NCBI GenBank assembly: GCA_041750915.1
Contig: JBGSYJ010000285.1
Location: 848 to 64,847, forward strand
Direction of reading: 5' to 3'
Length of the DNA stretch: 64,000 nucleotides
Source: Thermoanaerobaculia bacterium
GTDB taxonomy: Bacteria; Acidobacteriota; Thermoanaerobaculia; Gp7-AA8
Shown here: positions 58,766-64,000 of the stretch, in pieces
Position numbering within the stretch: position 1 is the first letter of the stretch
Layout of the letters: every line of letters starts with the position of its first letter
Made by a program: the position numbers and the translations under genes
Notes under the pieces: model-generated
The model's input: only the letters and a program-made list of their open reading frames with translations
The model's database searches: none
Told to the model about the DNA's origin: nothing

Positions 58766-61458
58766 GCGGGCCTCCGATCCTTCGCATGGACGCTGGCGTG
58801 CACGCCGTCGGAGCGGCTGGAGGCAAGGGCGCGAATCTTTCACGCCTCGTGAAGCTGGGCCACGAAGTGCCTCCGTTCGTCGTAGTTTCTCCCGCGGCGC
58901 TGGACCAGGCGCTTCATTCGTCCGGAGCGATCAGTGCGATCGCGGAAATCCTCGCCGGACTGGATGCGGATCGAGTCGGTGAACAGGCTCGCGCGATTCA
59001 GTCCATCGTGTCGCAGACGCCCGTTCCGGATCAATTGCGCACGGAGATTCTGGACGCCGTGCGCGAGATCATCGGATCGGACGATTTCGCAGCAGTGCGC
59101 TCTTCGGCTCTCGATGAAGACGCGGCTGCTTTGTCATTCGCAGGATTGCACGACAGCTTTCTCTTCGTGCGCGGGGACGACGCTCTCATCGACGCGATCC
59201 GCCGCGTCTGGGCCTCCGCGTTCAACGAGAGGGCGCTCGCATACCGCTTGAGCTCCGGCGCCGGCGTGCACGCGATCTCCATCGCCGTCGTCGTGCAGAA
59301 AATGATCGATCCGCGGGCGAGCGGAGTCGTCTTCACCGTGAATCCGGTGAACGGAAGCGTGCAGCAGGTGCTCATCAATGCGCTCTATGGGACAGGGGAG
59401 GGGCTGGTGAGCCGCGGGTTCGACGCCGACAGCTTCGTCGTCGACAAGCAGACGCTGAAGATCGAGGCGACGGTTGCCATCAAGTCCGAAGCGGTTGTGA
59501 TGGCAGCGGGTGGGGGAGTGAAGGATGTCGCGGTGGCCGAAGATCGAGCGGGCCTCCCGAGTCTGTCGGATGAGGAAGCGAGGTCCGTTGCAAAGGCCGC
59601 GATCGCGATCGAGAACAGCTTCAGGAAACCGCAGGACATCGAGTTTGCGTTCGATCATGCCGGGAAGCTCTTCGTTCTTCAGACGCGGCCGATCACGACA
59701 GCGGCGGAGTATGGTCCTGCTGCGGGAAATCCGCTTCTATGGGACAACTCGAACATCATCGAGAGCTTTTCCGGCGTCACCTCGCCCATGACGTTCAGCG
59801 TGATCCGGCGCGCATACACGATCGTCTATCGATGCTTCGCGGAGGTAATGGGGATCCGGCCGGGGGTTGTGCAGGAGAACCGGTTCGTCTTCGAGAACAT
59901 GCTCGGCCTGTTCCGTGGTCAGGTGTACTACAACCTCCTCAATTGGTACCGGCTCGTCGGAATGTTCCCCGGGTTCAACTACAACCGGGCCTTCATGGAA
60001 TCGATGATGGGTGTGCGGCAGCCGGCTGCCACCGTCGAAGCCGCGCCGCAGCCTGCGATGCAGCGCTATTTCGTCGAGTTGCCGGCCTTGCTGAAGCTTC
60101 TTGGCCGGTCCGGACGGAACTTCTTTCGCATTCGCACTCTCACTGCCGAGTTCGAGACGAACTTCCGCGAAAACTACAGTCGCTGGTCGAAGATCGATCT
60201 CGATTCACTCAGGCCGCACGAGCTGATGAATCTCTACCTCGAGTTCGAAGAGAGGGTGCTCTGGAAGTGGCGCGCGCCGATCATCAACGACTTCTTTGTG
60301 ATGATCTTCTACGGCGTGCTTCGGAAGCTGACGGCGAAGTGGTGCGGTGATGAGGGAGGCTCGCTTCAGAACGATCTCATCTCCGGGGAAGGGGGGATCG
60401 AGAGTACGGAGCCGGCGAAACAGCTGCTGCGCATGGCGGCAGTCGCTGCGCGTGATGAAGCACTCCGCGAGGTGATCGTGACACAGGGGCCGGACGAGGC
60501 GCTGTCGAGGGTCCGCGGCGAAGCAAGGTTTGCATCCTTCAACGGAATGATTGATCACTACCTCGAGCTCTACGGATTCCGCTGCATGAATGAGCTCAAG
60601 CTCGAGGAACCGTCGCTGCGCGACAACCCCGCGTTCCTGCTGATGCTGCTCCGGAACTATCTGACGGGTGACGCGAGCCGGCTCGATCTGGCCGCACAGG
60701 ATGCGCGCGAGAAGGAGATCCGGAGGGATGCAGAACGGCGCGCCTTCGGTGCGATTCGCTCTCCTTTCAAGCGGGCCGTCTTCCGGCGCGTCCTCGCCAA
60801 CGCGCGCCTCGGAGTGAAGAACCGCGAGAACATGCGGTTCGCGCGGACCCGCATCTTCGGTCTCGTGCGCGAGGTGATGCGCGCCATCGGCCGGCAGTTT
60901 ACGGCGGAAGGACTCATCGCGACTCCCCAGGACGTCTTCTTCCTGACTTTGGATGAAGTGTTCGATTACATCAAAGGTACGGCGGTTACCACCGATCTCG
61001 CAGGGCTGATCGATCTGCGGCGTCGAGAGTTCGAAGCGTACCGCGCAGGCACTCCCGCGGACGACCGCTTCGAGACGTTCGGCATGGCTTACCATCGCAA
61101 TGCGTTCGCGGGCCCACGCGATGAGACGCCGATTGAGGAAGGAGTGCTGCGCGGAACGCCGTGCTCCCCAGGCCGGATCACCGGGGCGGTCAAAGTCCTG
61201 CGATCTCCTGACGAGGCGCGACTTTCCGGCGAAATCCTCGTCGCCGAGCGGACCGATCCCGGATGGGTTCCGCTCTACCCGTCGATCTCGGGTCTGCTCA
61301 TCGAGCGGGGGAGCATCCTGTCGCACTCGGCGATCGTCGCGAGAGAGATGGGGAGTCCGACGATCGTTGGGATTCGAGGTCTCACCGACACGTTGAAGAG
61401 CGGCGACGTCGTGACGATGGACGGCTCCGCGGGCTCGGTGCATGTCGTTGATCCTTGA
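58762..61458 (+). CDS. PEP-synthase/pyruvate-phosphate-dikinase-family enzyme (ATP-grasp PPDK_N domain plus C-terminal swivel His domain; rifampin-phosphotransferase-like architecture)
   Basis: The N-terminal GGKGANLS and the C-terminal ERGSILSHSAIVAREMGSPTIVG are the two hallmark blocks. The product is 898 aa and its start overlaps the preceding stop. Confidence 0.8.
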   Translation: MSGPPILRMDAGVHAVGAAGGKGANLSRLVKLGHEVPPFVVVSPAALDQALHSSGAISAIAEILAGLDADRVGEQARAIQSIVSQTPVPDQLRTEILDAVREIIGSDDFAAVRSSALDEDAAALSFAGLHDSFLFVRGDDALIDAIRRVWASAFNERALAYRLSSGAGVHAISIAVVVQKMIDPRASGVVFTVNPVNGSVQQVLINALYGTGEGLVSRGFDADSFVVDKQTLKIEATVAIKSEAVVMAAGGGVKDVAVAEDRAGLPSLSDEEARSVAKAAIAIENSFRKPQDIEFAFDHAGKLFVLQTRPITTAAEYGPAAGNPLLWDNSNIIESFSGVTSPMTFSVIRRAYTIVYRCFAEVMGIRPGVVQENRFVFENMLGLFRGQVYYNLLNWYRLVGMFPGFNYNRAFMESMMGVRQPAATVEAAPQPAMQRYFVELPALLKLLGRSGRNFFRIRTLTAEFETNFRENYSRWSKIDLDSLRPHELMNLYLEFEERVLWKWRAPIINDFFVMIFYGVLRKLTAKWCGDEGGSLQNDLISGEGGIESTEPAKQLLRMAAVAARDEALREVIVTQGPDEALSRVRGEARFASFNGMIDHYLELYGFRCMNELKLEEPSLRDNPAFLLMLLRNYLTGDASRLDLAAQDAREKEIRRDAERRAFGAIRSPFKRAVFRRVLANARLGVKNRENMRFARTRIFGLVREVMRAIGRQFTAEGLIATPQDVFFLTLDEVFDYIKGTAVTTDLAGLIDLRRREFEAYRAGTPADDRFETFGMAYHRNAFAGPRDETPIEEGVLRGTPCSPGRITGAVKVLRSPDEARLSGEILVAERTDPGWVPLYPSISGLLIERGSILSHSAIVAREMGSPTIVGIRGLTDTLKSGDVVTMDGSAGSVHVVDP

Positions 61459-61580
61459 GAAGGGAGCGCTTCACAGTGATCTTCCCTCTGCCCGCCCTTA
61501 GCTGCGTCTCACGCGCAGGAAGAAGTTCGGGGAGAGGGGAGGACGTCGTCGGCATCGACTGGCGCAATGGGCCAATGCAT

Positions 61581-62933
61581 CTACCGTGGAAACGCCTCGA
61601 TAATCTCTGCCTGTTGCAACGCCGCGATCAGGGCAGCTGAAGCAAGCGCCAGGAGAAACGAGATCCCGCTCCAGCCGCGAGGGGACTCGCCCTCGAGACG
61701 CATGCGGCCCAGCGATGCATTGACAACAGTGATGAGAATGGCAGCGAATGCAATTGCGCGAAGCGTGTCGAAGGATGGGGCTCCTCCCACGAGCATCCAC
61801 ACCGGAATTCCGACAACGAGCGCCGCGACTGCCGCGATCACGCCGGCTGCGATCGCATCGCCCCATCGCTGGAACAGGTTCAGACGGATCCGCCCATCCC
61901 ACCAGACGAGTGCGAGCACCATGATCGTGGCCATCAGATATGGCGCGTAAAAGAATCCGTACCGGCCGGTGAGATTGGCGGCGAGCAGCACGATGAACGG
62001 GACGAGGATGGCGTGGGTGATCACCCGCACACGGAGTGGCTCTCCTTCGCGTCCCATGACGAATGCCCGGACGAAGACGAAGGCGACGATGGCGAGGAGC
62101 ACCGGCAGCGCCCATCGTCGCGACCCGAGAGACCATGTTGCGAAGGTGAAGAGAACGACGGCGATCATGCCGCCGGCGTTGAACGAACGAAACCGCCAGA
62201 CGATGAGCGCCATGAGCGCAAAGATCGCGAGGAAGCTGATGTTCTGGTAGGCGATCTCGGCGAGCGGCTTCGTCGTGATCTTCTGAAGAACGAAACAGAC
62301 AGCAATCGGGATGAACAGGTTGTCCGTTCCGCGCAGTGAAATCGCTTCGAAGCCTGTCACCAGCATTGCGACGAGGAGCGCCGAGAGCACCGTCACTGGA
62401 CGTGGCAGATCCGTCATCAGCAGCATCGGCAGATGAACCGCCAGGAATGCAACCACGAGGAAGACGAGAGAGCCTTCCACGCTCTTGTGTTCGTCTTCGA
62501 CCTCATAACGAAGACGCCCGTATCTGCTGCCGATCAGTGCTGCGAACGCATCGGCTACTGCGAGCACGAGCAGCGCGCTCACGTAGAGCCAGGGCTGATC
62601 CGCCGCGATCAGGAACACGATGAAGATCGCGAGTGGATAGTATTCGCTCCCTCTGCTCTTCCGCTCGACTCCGTGAAGGCTGCGCAGGAGGCCGAACCGA
62701 CCTCCGAGGAAGAAGATCGCGGAGAGCGACGCTGTAAGCATCAGCACTACGAGCGGAGATCGGATCAGAAAGGGGAGGGAGAGCCCGACCAGCCCACCTC
62801 CAACGTGGACCAGCTTCCTCGTCCATTCGGGCTTTGCGTTCCCGACTCGAATCCAGATCTCGGCAGAAACAAGAAGGATGGCGAAGACGCTGGCTATGAT
62901 CGCCGCCCCCGTAATGTCGGAGTTTGAGATCAC
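61581..62933 (-). CDS. polyprenol (dolichol/phytol)-kinase-like CTP-dependent kinase domain fused to an extra polytopic membrane domain
   Basis: VADAFAALIGSRYG (DxxAxxxGxxxG) and KSVEGSLVF (KxxEG) motifs of the CTP_transf_1 kinase subfamily lie in the N-terminal half, followed by about 8 more TM helices. Confidence 0.55.
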   Translation of the reverse strand: MISNSDITGAAIIASVFAILLVSAEIWIRVGNAKPEWTRKLVHVGGGLVGLSLPFLIRSPLVVLMLTASLSAIFFLGGRFGLLRSLHGVERKSRGSEYYPLAIFIVFLIAADQPWLYVSALLVLAVADAFAALIGSRYGRLRYEVEDEHKSVEGSLVFLVVAFLAVHLPMLLMTDLPRPVTVLSALLVAMLVTGFEAISLRGTDNLFIPIAVCFVLQKITTKPLAEIAYQNISFLAIFALMALIVWRFRSFNAGGMIAVVLFTFATWSLGSRRWALPVLLAIVAFVFVRAFVMGREGEPLRVRVITHAILVPFIVLLAANLTGRYGFFYAPYLMATIMVLALVWWDGRIRLNLFQRWGDAIAAGVIAAVAALVVGIPVWMLVGGAPSFDTLRAIAFAAILITVVNASLGRMRLEGESPRGWSGISFLLALASAALIAALQQAEIIEAFPR

Positions 62934-64000
62934 CGCGCGACCTCATCGATCCTGAATGCACTGTAGAAAAAGGCGCGATCTCGCAGGAACAGCTCCTTCG
63001 CGAGATCGGTGCGCTCAATGATCCGGTCCGCAAATACCTCGGGCCGTCTCCTTGGAACGAGCATGTTCCAGTACGCGAGTCGTGCGCCCGGACGGGCGGT
63101 GTCAAGGAGACGTCCGTAGAGACGCTCGGTCGTCGCAGGATCGAGATACTCGAAGATGTCCGACAGATTGTAGCCGTCGAATTTGCCGCCCGCCTGGAGC
63201 CCGACTTCGTCGATCGGTCCCTGGCGGATCGTGAGACGATTCATGCCCGAGCGGAGCGAGGCGAGGGAATCGGATCTCAGGTAACGAGGAAGCGCGGTGC
63301 CATAGTTTCCGGTGAAGATCGATGTAAGGTAGGGATTGTCATGAGTCGGGAGCTGCGTGAACGCGTATTCGGCGCGGGCACGGATGCGATCCGCAACGGA
63401 GCCTTCGACGAAGCGGAAGAACTCCGGATCGCGTCCGAGGCGTCCCATGACCAGGCGACTGAAGAAGACGCTGAACATTGCCCGCCAGCGCACGCCGTCC
63501 CATCGCTCGTCGTAGAACTTCCTCCGTTCTTCGAATGTCTTCTCTTGCAGTAGCTTCTCGACGAGCCGATGTCCGTGAACGAGTGGAAGTACGCGAGTCC
63601 GGAAGAGGCGGAAATAGTTCTCGAACTTTCCGTGATGGATGATGCCGTTCCTGATGGCGCCGGTCGACGCATCCCAGTAGTTTCGCGATTCGGAAGGGAG
63701 GGCAAGTGCGAGCCGGGCGTAGACCTCGAGGCGCTCGTTGCTCGGTCGCACGCCGAGGAATGCGAGAAGCGGTTCGTCATCGAGTTGGAGGATGGCAGCC
63801 TTCTTCAGCTCGACCAGGTGCAGCTGAGCCGAACTGATGTCGGCAGCCACGACCTCCGCGCCTGCGGCGACGAGAGCAAAGGCGTTGTCTCCGGCCGAGG
63901 CGATGGAGAGAATCCGGCGTCCCGTGGCGGCGTCGAGTGCCTCATGGAGGATGTCGGCGTCCTCCCAGACATTCGCGTAGCGAATCTGGTCGAAGCGCGC
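62930..64000 (-). CDS. DUF3419 / BtaA-like protein (SAM:diacylglycerol 3-amino-3-carboxypropyl transferase family); the 5' end lies beyond the window
   Basis: Reading the minus strand to the window edge gives ...YANVWEDADILHEALDAATGRRILSIASAGDNAFALVAAGAEVVAADISSAQLHLVELKKAA, the conserved BtaA-like N-terminal core. The frame is open at position 64000. Confidence 0.7.
   Translation of the reverse strand, partial: ARFDQIRYANVWEDADILHEALDAATGRRILSIASAGDNAFALVAAGAEVVAADISSAQLHLVELKKAAILQLDDEPLLAFLGVRPSNERLEVYARLALALPSESRNYWDASTGAIRNGIIHHGKFENYFRLFRTRVLPLVHGHRLVEKLLQEKTFEERRKFYDERWDGVRWRAMFSVFFSRLVMGRLGRDPEFFRFVEGSVADRIRARAEYAFTQLPTHDNPYLTSIFTGNYGTALPRYLRSDSLASLRSGMNRLTIRQGPIDEVGLQAGGKFDGYNLSDIFEYLDPATTERLYGRLLDTARPGARLAYWNMLVPRRRPEVFADRIIERTDLAKELFLRDRAFFYSAFRIDEVAR

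Overview
This is a high-GC (about 65-68%) bacterial chromosomal window with dense coding on both strands. The codon usage and repeat content suggest an Acidobacteria- or Gemmatimonadetes-like soil bacterium, but I cannot confirm that from sequence alone. Core metabolism is well represented. An aceB-aceA glyoxylate-shunt operon is transcribed divergently from a RamB-type regulator. There is a translationally coupled thrA-thrB-thrC operon, an orphan TPP-dependent E1 alpha/beta pair, a Bcp peroxiredoxin, Xni, TsaC, a ThiF-like enzyme, a dodecin and a partial mgtE. The window also carries many secreted or membrane proteins (M14, M16 and M3 zinc peptidases, a DUF4097 adhesin-like protein, an L,D-transpeptidase-like protein, an SLC13 permease). 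It is rich in signalling genes: two Ser/Thr kinases, one of them fused to an OmpA-like domain; a PAS-GGDEF-EAL protein; a PilZ protein; and wHTH-FHA and wHTH-TM-TPR regulators. The most unusual coding region is 55.0-64.0 kb, a convergent pair of operons predicted to make a lipid or isoprenoid product: an adenylate-forming ligase, a UbiA-like prenyltransferase, a PEP-synthase/rifampin-phosphotransferase-like enzyme, a polyprenol-kinase-like protein and a BtaA-like DUF3419 protein. The non-coding DNA holds several distinct families of palindromic repeats. These are a ~170-bp MITE-like element in four copies plus short hairpin derivatives; composite inverted repeats built from tandem 7-mers that flank a 6.9-kb signalling block; GGCAGGGCC-type REP arrays; CCCTCTCCC/GGGAGAGGG hairpin elements flanking the thr operon; and a 13-mer tandem array. 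I found no rRNA, tRNA or CRISPR loci. All calls come from reading the translations and the DNA directly; no database search was possible.
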